Shown here piece after piece: positions 53,932-64,000 of a stretch of 64,000 nucleotides of DNA. Made by a program: the position numbers and the translations under genes. The stretch's first letter is position 1. Each line of letters opens with the position of its first letter. Source of the DNA: an uncultured Verrucomicrobiales bacterium. Its GTDB lineage: Bacteria; Verrucomicrobiota; Verrucomicrobiia; Verrucomicrobiales; DEV007. Where the stretch lies: NCBI GenBank assembly GCA_938091905.1, contig CALKOM010000084.1, positions 15,191 to 79,190 of the forward strand, written 5' to 3'. The notes under the pieces are model-generated. The model saw nothing but the letters and a program-made list of their open reading frames with translations. It was not told the DNA's origin and did not search any database.

Positions 53932-54361
53932 AGTGCTGTTCTCCCATTCACGAAATTCCAAACCAGGACGGTAGCTGCTCCGGCCACCATGAAAACCAGC
54001 GTGTATACGAGGCCATCCCTCGCTCCTGATCCGATGCCACACCCCCCCATGACCAGAGGTGCAGCCTCCACCGACTCGGGTGCCCAGGCCCACGAGGAAT
54101 CCTGCCACCGCCATCACCACGAGATTTCTCCCTCCCGGTATTGAGAAATCCTGCCAGCCGATCTCACTTAGAAAAGCAACTCCAGCACCGCCGATCAGGC
54201 CAACGAGGAAGAGGATGCGCCACGCGGTGTCTCCGGAATGACAGCGGAGAATCCTTGCCGTGATACCTGAAATGCCTGGGACCTCTCCGGAGGCAGCCAT
54301 GGTGAGAAGGCTCCCGAGTCCGATGAGAATACCCCCCAATAGAGCGCTCGAGATAGCTCAT
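53928..54361 (-). pseudogene. YeeE/YedE family protein (first half-gene) with two frameshifts
   Basis: GLGTRVGGGCTSGHG then shifts at a G7 run (54042-54048); the restored frame reads CGIGSG...TLVFMVAG and ends in an ATGA overlap; a second shift lies near the start. Confidence 0.75.
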
Positions 54362-54492
54362 TGAGATGCGCGCCGAGAATTGGGCTGTGACAGGTTCGCT
54401 GCCGTGTTGCCGGAGTTGGGACTGGTGAGGGTAATAGGCCTGCCTTCGGCGATTGCCATAGCCCTTCCATTAATCAGGCCCCTTTATCGATG

Positions 54493-54895
54493 TCAATTCA
54501 GCGTAGCATATTGATATCGCGATGTTGCTTTCATTCGAGGGCGACCTTGCCTGGAACTTCCCTTGCAGGCAAATAGACTGCGCACCAATTCCATAACGAA
54601 GTATGGTCGCCCATGATCCGTAGCCCGAAGTATGGTCGCCCATGATCCGTCGAGCACGCGGGCAACGTGAGGGTGATCTATGATGGCCAGTGCCTGCCGG
54701 TCCACCTTGAACCGACCGACCAACTGTTTAGTGTCCATGCCCATCTTGATGATCTTCAACGCCACCTGTCGCTTCACCGGCTCACGTTGTTAGGCCATGT
54801 AGACCACACCAAAGCCGCCTTCGCCTAACTTCTGGAGCAACTTATAACGCCCAATCGTTGAGCCTTCACCCTCTCGCAGGATCACTTCATTATTC
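54493..54895 (-). pseudogene. Ser/Thr protein kinase fragment
   Basis: [55 protein letters not shown]; stop at 54790-54792; truncated. Confidence 0.9.
54597..54650 (+). repeat. 25-bp direct duplication inside the kinase pseudogene
   Basis: cgaagtatggtcgcccatgatccgt at 54597-54621 and 54626-54650. Confidence 0.9.
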
Positions 54896-54899
54896 ACGG

Positions 54900-55247
54900 A
54901 GCCCGGCAAGAAAGAATGTGTCTTGCGCATCTGGCCCGCCTTCACGAGGGCCCGCCGCCCAAAGGACCCGCGCTCTGCGGCCTCTCTGGCGCGATCTCAT
55001 TTTGCGCGGCTGGGGTGTCGTCCCCCTTCTCTGTCCTTGCTGTGCGGAAACGATGAAGGTCATCGACAACCTGATCCGACCGAAAGAAGTTGAGTTTTTC
55101 CTCCTTCTCCTCGACCTGTGGGAAGGCACTATCGCCATGCCTCCACCACCCCGTCCACCCTTCGGCATCGAATCCGTAGAGCCGCTCTACGCCACGGAAA
55201 AGACCGACTTGACTGAAGAAACGGAATCGCTTTCACCTGATAAATGA
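54900..55247 (+). mobile_element. IS91-like transposase C-terminal remnant
   Basis: LWRDLI...WGV.PL.CP.C...MKVI..........L..L.LWE...PPPPRPP resembles the C-terminal Cys-containing tail of IS91-family transposases. Confidence 0.55.
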
Positions 55248-55858
55248 TAGATGGACCGACAGTGAGCCAGCCTGGAAAGCACCGGAGCGCGTTCTCGATG
55301 AGGAGCGACTGTTAGTCCCCGACGGGGCTCTCGTACACGCGGACGAGTTGCCGCTCTTCGCGGTGGACTGAAAACGCAGCTTTGGGATCTACGAGATTGT
55401 TTACCTGCCTGATCAGAGCCTCTGCAAAGCGCTCGATCGACGGGCAGCAGTCGTCGAGCCCACAAACAGGCCGTATGGCCCTTGGAAGGCGCATCTCAAG
55501 CTTGCCGCTTCCCCAGCAATCTTGACCGTCGCGAAGATTCCCTGAAATCTTTGAGATCATGGAGACCATTCCCCCTTTCCAGCCGCTGCCCCTCCAATTA
55601 CTAACAATACAGCAAATCTGCCCCCATGAACGAAAAGCAATTTCCTAGCAATGGATGAGAAGCACGCCTACATTTTTCAGGTATTTGTCGAGGCTGCTGC
55701 TGGAAAGGACTCCGGAAGGAAATCAGAATGATGACATTTTCCGGCGCAACGCTCCATCAATCCATTCGGGGCGAAATGGGGAAGTTTTATCCTTATGAGT
55801 CGAAGAATTTGCTGAGAGCTATCTTCAAAAACACAAAGAGATATCGTTGAATTCTTGT

Positions 55859-57736
55859 ATGAGTGATCCCAGCCAACCGGACCAATCCGAAGAATCGGCA
55901 GAAGAGCAACACTTTGAGCCGATAGCCGGGATCGAAGAGGCCGCAACCGGCACGGTGGAGCAACCCGACGTGACCGTGGCTTCGTCCGGCCATTTGCAGC
56001 CATCCAAGTATCTCGCGGTCTTCGTTTTAGTCTTCGGCCTCGCAGCTAGCCTCTATGTGGGATCGAAAGTGGACGTTCACTGGATCGAGCAGCGAACCAC
56101 CTACAATACCTACCTCAACGACGATGGGCAGCTGGCTTACACCTTCAAAGGTAGTGAGGCTCTCATCGAAGATATTGTTCCCTACGCGGAGTCTCCTTTG
56201 AGGCAGGAGGCACTTTCTGCTCTGGAAGGAAAACCGGAGCTCGAAAGCCAATGGGTGGTCGAGACGGAAACAGAGAATGGGGTCGAAGTGGAGCGATACG
56301 CGATGCTCGAAGCAAAATTTCACTTCGGATTCTGGTCCCTGCTTCCTGCTGTCATAGCCATCGCTCTTTGCCTGGTCACGAAGGAGGCCATGACCGCGTT
56401 GTTAAGTGGTGTGGTTGTTGGCGCCTTCATGCTGGGACGCTTCGATATCACTGATGCCGTGCTTTTGCCGAGTCTGGGTAGCTCAAGCGCTGCGGGCATT
56501 ATATTGCTCTACCTCTGGCTGCTCGGCGGCTTGATGGGGATTTGGTCTCGAACGGGCGCCGCCCAGGCATTCGCTGAATTCATGACGAATCATTTCGTCC
56601 AAGGTCCCAGGTCCGCGAAGTTTGTGTCCTGGCTCATGGGAGTGATCTTTTTCCAGGGCGGAACTGTCAGTGTCGTTCTGGTCGGCACTATCGTGAAGCC
56701 GGTAGCTGATTTGGAAAAGGTCAGCCACGAAGAACTCGCTTACATCGTCGACTCAACAGCATCGCCAATCGCTTCCGTGCTAGCTTTCAACGCCTGGCCA
56801 ATCTACGTGCAGGCATTTATCTTTGTTCCTGGCGTTGCCTTCCTGGCTACGGAGGCGGACCGAATCTCGTTTTTCTTCAGCAGTGTTCCGTTCAGCTTTT
56901 ACGGAATTCTGGCGGTAGCAGGAACGCTTTTACTCAGTCTGGGGGTCACCCGGTTTGCCGGTCCCGGAATTCGCAAGGCGAACGAGCGAGCCAGAACTAC
57001 CGGAGAACTGGATGCTCCCGGAGCGCTGCCCATGAATGCAAAAGAACTCCAAGTCAGCCGGGTTCCTCAAGGCTACAAGACACATGTTCTCGAGTTCATC
57101 GTTCCCATCGTTCTTCTAATCGGCACTGCGATTGGAACGTTCGTCTATCTTGGTTCGCCCCAAGTGAACTGGGCCTTTGGTATCGCTCTCCTCGTTTCCG
57201 TGCTCGTTGCACTAGTTAAGGGAATGCGTCTTGGCGATGTGATCGAGGGGATCGGCGACGGGCTGAAGGGTGTTGTGTTCGGTTCTGTCATTCTTGTGCT
57301 TGCGGTGACAATTGGCGGGATCAGCAGAGAGATCGGAGCAGGAACCTATATGGTGGATCTGCTCGGAGATAAGATTCCCTATATCGCGCTACCTGTTGCG
57401 CTCCAAATTCTTACGATGATTATCGCCTTCTCCACCGGCACGAGTTGGGGAACCTATGCGATCGCCCTTCCGTTAGCGTTGCCGTTAGCGTGGACTGTTG
57501 CTCAGGCGCATGACTTGGCCAATCCTCAGCTGTTCATGTCGGTCTGCTTCGCTACCGTCTTAAATGGTAGCGTCTACGGAGATCAGTGTTCGCCCATCTC
57601 TGATACTACAATTTTGAGCTCGATGACGACAGGGTGCGATCTGATGGATCATGTCAAAACACAGATCATTCCCGCGTCCTACGCAGCTGCTCTAGCAGCC
57701 ATTCTCTGGACGGCGACTGTGGCAATCTTTGCCTGA
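55859..57736 (+). CDS. NhaC family Na+/H+ antiporter-like transporter
   Basis: [48 protein letters not shown]. Confidence 0.9.
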   Translation: MSDPSQPDQSEESAEEQHFEPIAGIEEAATGTVEQPDVTVASSGHLQPSKYLAVFVLVFGLAASLYVGSKVDVHWIEQRTTYNTYLNDDGQLAYTFKGSEALIEDIVPYAESPLRQEALSALEGKPELESQWVVETETENGVEVERYAMLEAKFHFGFWSLLPAVIAIALCLVTKEAMTALLSGVVVGAFMLGRFDITDAVLLPSLGSSSAAGIILLYLWLLGGLMGIWSRTGAAQAFAEFMTNHFVQGPRSAKFVSWLMGVIFFQGGTVSVVLVGTIVKPVADLEKVSHEELAYIVDSTASPIASVLAFNAWPIYVQAFIFVPGVAFLATEADRISFFFSSVPFSFYGILAVAGTLLLSLGVTRFAGPGIRKANERARTTGELDAPGALPMNAKELQVSRVPQGYKTHVLEFIVPIVLLIGTAIGTFVYLGSPQVNWAFGIALLVSVLVALVKGMRLGDVIEGIGDGLKGVVFGSVILVLAVTIGGISREIGAGTYMVDLLGDKIPYIALPVALQILTMIIAFSTGTSWGTYAIALPLALPLAWTVAQAHDLANPQLFMSVCFATVLNGSVYGDQCSPISDTTILSSMTTGCDLMDHVKTQIIPASYAAALAAILWTATVAIFA

Positions 57737-58010
57737 AAAAATTCCGAAGGGCTACACTTCCGAAAACGAAATGGTTCATTTTGCCTCTGATCGTTTTCTG
57801 GTATCTCTCGGTCGCTGCGCGTGAAGAATCAGACAGCGATCCAGGAAGTCCGTTCGCCGCCCATGTCGAAAGGTTGCTGGCGGAAACGACCGCAACGATC
57901 TATCAAGGAATGACGGAGATCGACGAAGAGGCTGGCGGCCTGCATTGCGATTGCTCTCGCCAATTTTGTGATAGGGGCCCGAGTCATCCGCGGCTAGCGG
58001 GCTCAGATTT

Positions 58011-58190
58011 ATGAAGTCGATTAAAGTCATCCAATTTGGAATGGGGCCGCTCGGGCAGAAAACGGTTCAGTATCTGCTGCAACGAAAGACTATCGAAATC
58101 GTCGGCGCCATTGATGTGAATCCCGAGCTTCTCGGCAGGGATGTCGTCGAAGTCGTCAGATGCGAATCGATCGGAGTCACCATTCAGTTA
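58011..58190 (+). pseudogene. N-terminal fragment of a DapB-like / 2,4-diaminopentanoate dehydrogenase-like oxidoreductase
   Basis: IKVIQFGMGPLG...EIVGAIDVNPELLGRDV Rossmann start; similarity lost after about 60 aa. Confidence 0.55.
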
Positions 58191-58913
58191 TCGACCAACA
58201 GTGATTTGAATCCCCTCCGATTCCTAACAATGCAGCGAATCTGGCCCCATAAACGCCCCAGCAAATCCATAGCAATCGCTTGGTCGTTGGCCCGACAGCT
58301 CCAAGCACCACATTACATCGAGGAAGCAGTTATTGAGTTCATGGCCGTAGTCGTCCAAACGGCTCCAGCCGCCGCCAAAGCCCACCTCGTTTCCAGATCA
58401 CTCGTAGAGTAAATTCCATACTTCCTCAATTATCAAAAAAATGATGATAACTGGAGTATCAAGCTAATTGAATACTAATGATGCGGATCGCGGACTGCAC
58501 ACTCGCCCGCCTAATCGAATCGGCAGTAGACCTCAAAGTTCACCTCTCGGAGGTCGACTATGAAAGCGCCGCTCTGGGCCATCACACAGAAACCGATCTT
58601 CTCGCTAACTGGGCCAGAGCAAGCGTCTTTCAATTGGTCGGCGAGGATCCCATCGATGGGCCTGACGATGGCCGCGCCTTAATCGCGACCGATCCCGCAG
58701 GCGGATCAAACAGGTTCTCGTGAGGCGTTCCCTCCGTGGACCACGCGAAAGAATAGCATAATATTCAAGGTCTGGGTGGTCTCAGGCCTGACTTTCCGCA
58801 GAAGGCGCATTTGTCCCATTGCCAAACGGGATATTTGCACTAGCCATATCCGCTCTAAAATTCGGTGGGGCCACAAGGTGCCGCGCCGCCAAAGACGACG
58901 ACTAACGACATCC

Positions 58914-61007
58914 ATGACTGACCTATCCCGCTACAGAAACATCGGCATCTTCGCCCACGTCGATGCCGGCAAGACCACCACGACCGAGCGCATTCTCAAG
59001 CTCACCGGTAAGATTCATAAGATCGGTGAGGTGCATGATGGTGCGGCTACGACTGACTTCATGGATCAAGAGCAGGAGCGCGGGATCACCATTCAGTCCG
59101 CTGCAACGACTTGTTTCTGGGATGACCACCGCTTCAACATCATCGATACCCCGGGACACGTGGACTTCACGATTGAGGTCTATCGCTCCCTGAAAGTGCT
59201 CGACGGTGGTGTCGGCGTCTTCTGCGGTTCTGGTGGTGTTGAGCCACAGTCCGAGACAAACTGGCGCTACGCCAACGACTCCAAGGTCGCTCGCATCATC
59301 TATGTGAACAAGCTCGATCGCCTGGGTGCTGACTTCTACCGCGTGGTGGATCAGGTGAAGAACGTGCTCGCCGCCGTTCCCTTGGTGATGACATTGCCAA
59401 TCGGGATCGAAGACGACTTCGTAGGTGCTGTGGATCTTCTTACACGCAAAGCGTGGATCTGGGACGACTCTGGTGATCCTACCAAGTACGAGATCACGGA
59501 TGTGCCTGAAGACATGAAGGAGAAGGTCGAAGAGTATCGGCAAGAACTCATCGAAGGCGCCCTGGACCAAGACGATGAGGCCATGGAAAAGTACCTCGAA
59601 GGAGAAGAGCCTGACATGGCCACCATCAAGGCTTGCATCCGCAAGGGCACCATTTCCAACGCCTTCTTCCCAACTTACTGCGGCTCTTCGTTCAAGAACA
59701 AGTGTGTGCAGCTCATCCTCGATGCCGTGGTCGACTACCTACCCTCTCCCACCGAGGTGCCACCACAACCTGAAACGGATCTCGCAGGTGAGCCTTCTGG
59801 TGAGTTTGCTATTGTTGACGAGGCCAAGCCGCTCCGCGCCTTGGCCTTCAAGATCATGGACGACAAATATGGTGCCCTGACATTCACTCGAATCTACTCC
59901 GGGACCATCGAGAAAGGGACTAGCATTCTGAATACGTTCACTGGCAAGACCGAGCGCGTCGGCCGTATCGTGGAGATGCACGCCGACTCTCGTGAAGACG
60001 TCGAAAAGGCCATCGCAGGCGACATCGTCGCTCTTGTGGGTCTCAAGAACGTTCAGACGGGCCACACCCTCTGTGACCCTAACAACCCCGCAACGCTGGA
60101 GCCGATGGTCTTTCCCGATCCGGTCATTTCCATCGCGGTGTCACCAAAGGACAAGAGTGCTTCTGAGAAGCTCGGTGTCGCTATTGGTAAGATGGTTAGG
60201 GAAGACCCTTCATTCCGCGTCGAGACGGACCAAGATAGTGGTGAAACCATTCTTAAGGGGATGGGCGAACTTCACCTCGATATTAAGGTCGATATCCTCA
60301 AACGCACCCACAGCGTCGAGGTCGATGTAGGCGCACCGCAGGTGGCTTACCGTGAGACCATCACGCAGCAGATCGAAGACTCTTACACACACAAGAAGCA
60401 GTCCGGTGGCTCCGGTCAGTATGGTAAGATCGATTACATCATCGAGCCGCTTGAAGCTGGCAGCGACTTCGAATTCGAATCCAAAGTCGTCGGCGGCAAC
60501 GTTCCCAAAGAATTTTGGCCAGCGATCGAGAAGGGCTTCCGCACTTCCATCGATAAAGGTGTTGTCGCTGGTTATCCTTGCCTCGGGTTCAAAGTGACCT
60601 TGGTCGATGGAGCCTCACACGCCGTGGACTCCTCGGCAGTCGCCTTCGAACTCGCCGCTCGTGCCGCTTATCGTCAGTCCGTACCTAAGGCTGGACCTCA
60701 GATCCTTGAGCCTATCATGAAGCTCGACGTCTTCGCCCCAGAAGACAATGTGGGAGACGTCATCGGTGATCTCAACCGCCGTCGCGGAATGATCAGCGCC
60801 CAGGACACCAATCCGACGGGGATCCGAGTGAAAGCCGAGGCGCCTCTCTCCGAAATGTTCGGCTATATTGGTGACCTTCGCACGATGACTTCAGGCCGCG
60901 GTCAGTTCTCCATGGAATTCTCCCACTACGCCCCTTGCCCACGGAACATTTCCGAACAGGTCATTGAAGAAGCCGCCAAGCGGAAGGCCGAGAAGGAGAA
61001 GAAGTAA
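58914..61007 (+). CDS. fusA: elongation factor G, second copy
   Basis: [32 protein letters not shown]; full domains through MEFSHY. Confidence 0.95.
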   Translation: MTDLSRYRNIGIFAHVDAGKTTTTERILKLTGKIHKIGEVHDGAATTDFMDQEQERGITIQSAATTCFWDDHRFNIIDTPGHVDFTIEVYRSLKVLDGGVGVFCGSGGVEPQSETNWRYANDSKVARIIYVNKLDRLGADFYRVVDQVKNVLAAVPLVMTLPIGIEDDFVGAVDLLTRKAWIWDDSGDPTKYEITDVPEDMKEKVEEYRQELIEGALDQDDEAMEKYLEGEEPDMATIKACIRKGTISNAFFPTYCGSSFKNKCVQLILDAVVDYLPSPTEVPPQPETDLAGEPSGEFAIVDEAKPLRALAFKIMDDKYGALTFTRIYSGTIEKGTSILNTFTGKTERVGRIVEMHADSREDVEKAIAGDIVALVGLKNVQTGHTLCDPNNPATLEPMVFPDPVISIAVSPKDKSASEKLGVAIGKMVREDPSFRVETDQDSGETILKGMGELHLDIKVDILKRTHSVEVDVGAPQVAYRETITQQIEDSYTHKKQSGGSGQYGKIDYIIEPLEAGSDFEFESKVVGGNVPKEFWPAIEKGFRTSIDKGVVAGYPCLGFKVTLVDGASHAVDSSAVAFELAARAAYRQSVPKAGPQILEPIMKLDVFAPEDNVGDVIGDLNRRRGMISAQDTNPTGIRVKAEAPLSEMFGYIGDLRTMTSGRGQFSMEFSHYAPCPRNISEQVIEEAAKRKAEKEKK

Positions 61008-61039
61008 GACCACTTCTCTGGGGTCGGACTAACTCTTTA

Positions 61040-61071
61040 GAACGCCACGTTGGCTATCCAACGTGGCGTTC
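61040..61071. terminator. hairpin between convergent fusA and sulfatase genes
   Basis: gaacgccacgttgg-ctat-ccaacgtggcgttc perfect 14-bp stem; no clear T-tract. Confidence 0.55.
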
Positions 61072-61163
61072 GTGCGTACATTCCAAAGCAACTTTGGAAA
61101 GTTGCTCTACGCTCACCATTACTCCCATCGGATGACTTTCCAAAGTCGCCACGCTCTGCCGGG

Positions 61164-62582
61164 CTAACGTAAGGAAGTCGGCCCGTGAAGATGCTCTCCT
61201 CGTCGGGCTGCCTGGATCGCCTCTTTCGTGTCTTGCGCGACGCCTGGATCCCCTTGGCTCGCCATCCACCGATCCAATTCGGCGCTCAGACGCGCTTTGA
61301 TCACAGCCGCTCTCTTGCCATCGGCGAGATTAGTCACTTCATAAGGATCCTTCGCGGTATGATAAAGTTCTTCTGCGGGACGTTGCTGGTATCTCTTCAC
61401 CAAATCGTAGGTCGCCGCATTCTGCCAAGACTCCCTCACCCACGTTGCCCAGTAAGGATTGTTCAACTTCCCGTTCCCAGTCCACCCCATGAGGTGCTTC
61501 TCAATATAGAGTTCCTCAGGAAGAAGATTCCGAATGTAGCGGTACTCACCATCGGAAATGGTCCGGACCGGATAGGCGGGTCCTTCCGGAACGTTGTTGT
61601 GCATGCCATAGGCATACTGTCGTGGGCTCTTGTCCGCCTTTCCTTGGAGAAGGGAGAGGAAACTCCTTCCATCAAACGGATGCCCTGACACGTCGCCGCC
61701 CGCAGCTTCAATCAGGGTCGGTGCAATATCCGCATACTGAACGAGAGCGTCTGTGCGTTTATCAGGACTAATCCTCCCCGGCCAGCGTGCTATCAGAGCG
61801 GTATGCACGCCAGTGTCCCAATTCGTCCATTTGCAGCCCGGAAACTGTGACCCTTGCTCAGACGTGAACAAGACCAGCGTGTTCTCAGCTTGCCCCGATT
61901 TCTCGAGCGTCGCCAAGACGTCACCGACCTGGCCATCCATGTAGGTGATCTCAGCGAGGTAACGCGAGAAGGCCTCTCGCGTTGTCTCCGTATCTGCAAT
62001 GTTAGGAGGAAGCACCAGCTTCTTGGGTGGATACTGTGAGGAGTCGCCCATGACCCAGGGGACATGGGGCTCGACCAAAGCAACCACTAAACAGAACGGC
62101 GTATCTTTGTCTCGCTCAATAAAGGCATCCATCGCCGCTGTTTGATGAGGACGTGTGGGATCCCTCACACAATTCGGATCAAAACCTCCCACCTTTTCAA
62201 AGGGGAAGGCACCCGCAGGCTTCACATGCACCTTACCTGCAAGTCCCACCCGATAGCCTAAGGCACCAAGATGATGCGGCAAACTCTTTACATCAGCACG
62301 GCTCGCCGAGTGATTCCAGGCGCAACCATTGCGCATGGGATACTGGCCTGTGAAGAGTTCCGCTCGCGAAGGCTGACACATAGCTTCACACAAATAGGCC
62401 CGATTGAAGGTCAAGCTTTCATCCGCTAGTCGATCAATGTTAGGAGTGCGAGCATTCTTCCCTCCGTACAACGGTAGATCATTGTAGGTGCAATCATCCG
62501 CCATGATGATGAGTACATTGGGGGTAGCCGCCCGCACCGTGATTGCAGCTGCCAAGAAGATCAAGGTCAAGGTGGCTCTCAT
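61164..62582 (-). CDS. exported sulfatase (formylglycine type, sulfamidase-like)
   Basis: Signal peptide; PNVLIIMADD; CQPSRAELFTG; GKVH; EELY. Confidence 0.92.
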   Translation of the reverse strand: MRATLTLIFLAAAITVRAATPNVLIIMADDCTYNDLPLYGGKNARTPNIDRLADESLTFNRAYLCEAMCQPSRAELFTGQYPMRNGCAWNHSASRADVKSLPHHLGALGYRVGLAGKVHVKPAGAFPFEKVGGFDPNCVRDPTRPHQTAAMDAFIERDKDTPFCLVVALVEPHVPWVMGDSSQYPPKKLVLPPNIADTETTREAFSRYLAEITYMDGQVGDVLATLEKSGQAENTLVLFTSEQGSQFPGCKWTNWDTGVHTALIARWPGRISPDKRTDALVQYADIAPTLIEAAGGDVSGHPFDGRSFLSLLQGKADKSPRQYAYGMHNNVPEGPAYPVRTISDGEYRYIRNLLPEELYIEKHLMGWTGNGKLNNPYWATWVRESWQNAATYDLVKRYQQRPAEELYHTAKDPYEVTNLADGKRAAVIKARLSAELDRWMASQGDPGVAQDTKEAIQAARRGEHLHGPTSLR

Positions 62583-62981
62583 GCCACGATCTTAGTCACG
62601 ACTCATCATCAAATCCGAGAAGTTTCCGCGGAAGAACGGCAATTGGGAACCGATTGTCATCATGTGTTTCGCGGTGCGATGACAATCTTTGTCCCTGCCA
62701 CCAGTTTGTGGATACCACGACGGACCACCCGGAAGATAAAGAGCGTTTCCACCATGCTAGCAAACACGTCAATAACCGCAATGATGGGGAGATGTAACAA
62801 GATCGAATACCTTCGAAGGACAAAGCACCAAAAATGAAGTGGCACGTTGGCTTCAAGGTCAACCACTTGAATGGCCAGCAGTTTCTTGCAAACGGTCTGT
62901 CTTCGTCGGGCGATCAGACTCACTTTTAGGTGCGCAAAGATCAGACCCGCAACACCCGTTTAGATTCCGTCTTCCACGAAA

Positions 62982-63851
62982 TTGATCTCATCTTCGAAGA
63001 ACTTACCAAGCGAGCCCGTCACGGTTGCACGGAATAGCAGAATAACCACGAAGATCACGCCAAGAGCAATCCTTTCCGTCTACCGAGACGAACTCCCCCT
63101 CGACGAGCTACCGGAAGCGAGCGAAAAACTCGCCATGTTGGAAACAAACGACGCCTTGCAGAGGTGGCTCGAAGAAGAGCAGAAGTTTGACCAGGAAATC
63201 ACCAATGCCTTCAGGAAAATTGAAGTGCCCGAGGATCTTGCTACCAAAGTTCTCACAGAGTCTCCCTCTAAAGCTGCAGTAGCGGAGTCTGTGAAGTCTA
63301 AGATTATCACCCTTCCCACACGGCGTCTCTGGATGGCAGCAGCGGCTGCTGTCGTCCTCACGGCAGCAGGCTTGGTCAAGTATTTCGCCTTTCCTCCCCC
63401 CGTCGAGTTTCCTCTAGGCGAATTCACTTCAGTCTCAAAGTTTCGTCAGGACATGGCCTTCTACGCCACCGAACGCTTCGTCCTGGACCACATGACCAAG
63501 GACTTCACCGAAGCACGAGATTGGTTGAGGGAGCATCAATCTCCGTCCTATGACGAGACGCCCGGCGCGATCGTGTCCTTCGAGGGCATGGGCTGCCAGA
63601 CGTTCGATTGGGACAAGCACAAAGTGAGCCTCGTCTGCTTCAAGAACAACGATGATGACATCGTCCATCTCTTTGTAGCGAACAAAGCAGCTTTCAAAGA
63701 GTTCATGCCAGCCAGCGAACTTCAAACAATGCAGGTCGAATACAAACTAGAGACAGGGGGCTGGATGACTGAGAACGAGGTATTCCTCTTCGTTGGTTCC
63801 AATCCAGACGTGAAGATCAGCGCCCTCCTTGCCAGCATCAAAGAGATCTAG
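62982..63851 (+). CDS. anti-sigma-factor-like single-TM protein; start uncertain
   Basis: IL..YR..; FD..I...F..I.VP.DL..KVL; one TM; GCQTFDW..HKVSLVCF..VHLFV. Confidence 0.6.
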   Translation: MISSSKNLPSEPVTVARNSRITTKITPRAILSVYRDELPLDELPEASEKLAMLETNDALQRWLEEEQKFDQEITNAFRKIEVPEDLATKVLTESPSKAAVAESVKSKIITLPTRRLWMAAAAAVVLTAAGLVKYFAFPPPVEFPLGEFTSVSKFRQDMAFYATERFVLDHMTKDFTEARDWLREHQSPSYDETPGAIVSFEGMGCQTFDWDKHKVSLVCFKNNDDDIVHLFVANKAAFKEFMPASELQTMQVEYKLETGGWMTENEVFLFVGSNPDVKISALLASIKEI

Positions 63852-64000
63852 GCAGCATGGCCCCTCTCAACCAAAGGCTATTGCACACCACCAGAGGCCT
63901 CGCGCTTTTATAGATCAGTTACGAAGAAACAGACAGAGGAAGGCAAGTGCTTCCTGCACAGGATCAATCAACGCGGTGAGACGTTTTGGCGAAGCGCACT

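Noticed and set aside
55600..55858. Possible glycine/lysine riboswitch upstream of the NhaC-family gene
   Set aside because: Purine-rich patches are present, but I could not match the conserved aptamer cores or stems
57830..57965. GGLHC-containing stretch resembling an amidinotransferase C-terminus
   Set aside because: Too short, with no supporting upstream motifs
58776..58913. N-terminal extension of the second fusA given by the ORF track
   Set aside because: Homology begins at [11 protein letters not shown] (58914); the upstream part looks like promoter/leader
1..64000. CRISPR arrays, tRNA (including tRNA-Sec), rRNA, prophage
   Set aside because: None recognised by eye; a tRNAscan/Infernal run would be needed to exclude small RNAs

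Overview
A 64-kb bacterial chromosomal segment, most likely from a Verrucomicrobiales-type organism. The evidence is Minf_1886 and TIGR04073-like genes, a long PVC-type GreA, helical-repeat surface proteins, and a str-S10-spc cluster lacking tuf, rpsN and rpmD. It carries the rpsL-rpsG-fusA-S10-spc-secY-adk-map cluster (minus strand, 37.4-53.2 kb), a second fusA, several housekeeping genes (ilvB, xylB, greA, HU, menH-like, sodN), a BrnT/BrnA pair, transporters, a sulfatase and several decayed genes. Most notable is a secreted FG-GAP/ASPIC-UnbV/thioredoxin-like/TPR protein split in frame by a single TGA (9928-9930). That TGA is followed by a SECIS-like hairpin, making it a candidate selenoprotein of about 1226 aa. 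Other highlights are a non-ribosomal exported coiled-coil gene between rpsS and rplV, a GriC/GriD(EhpF)-like acid-reductase plus Fe-ADH operon, a signal-peptide Ni-SOD, and a PVC-type dehydrogenase ending in a cupredoxin rather than a heme c domain. All family calls come from motif recognition; no searches were run.
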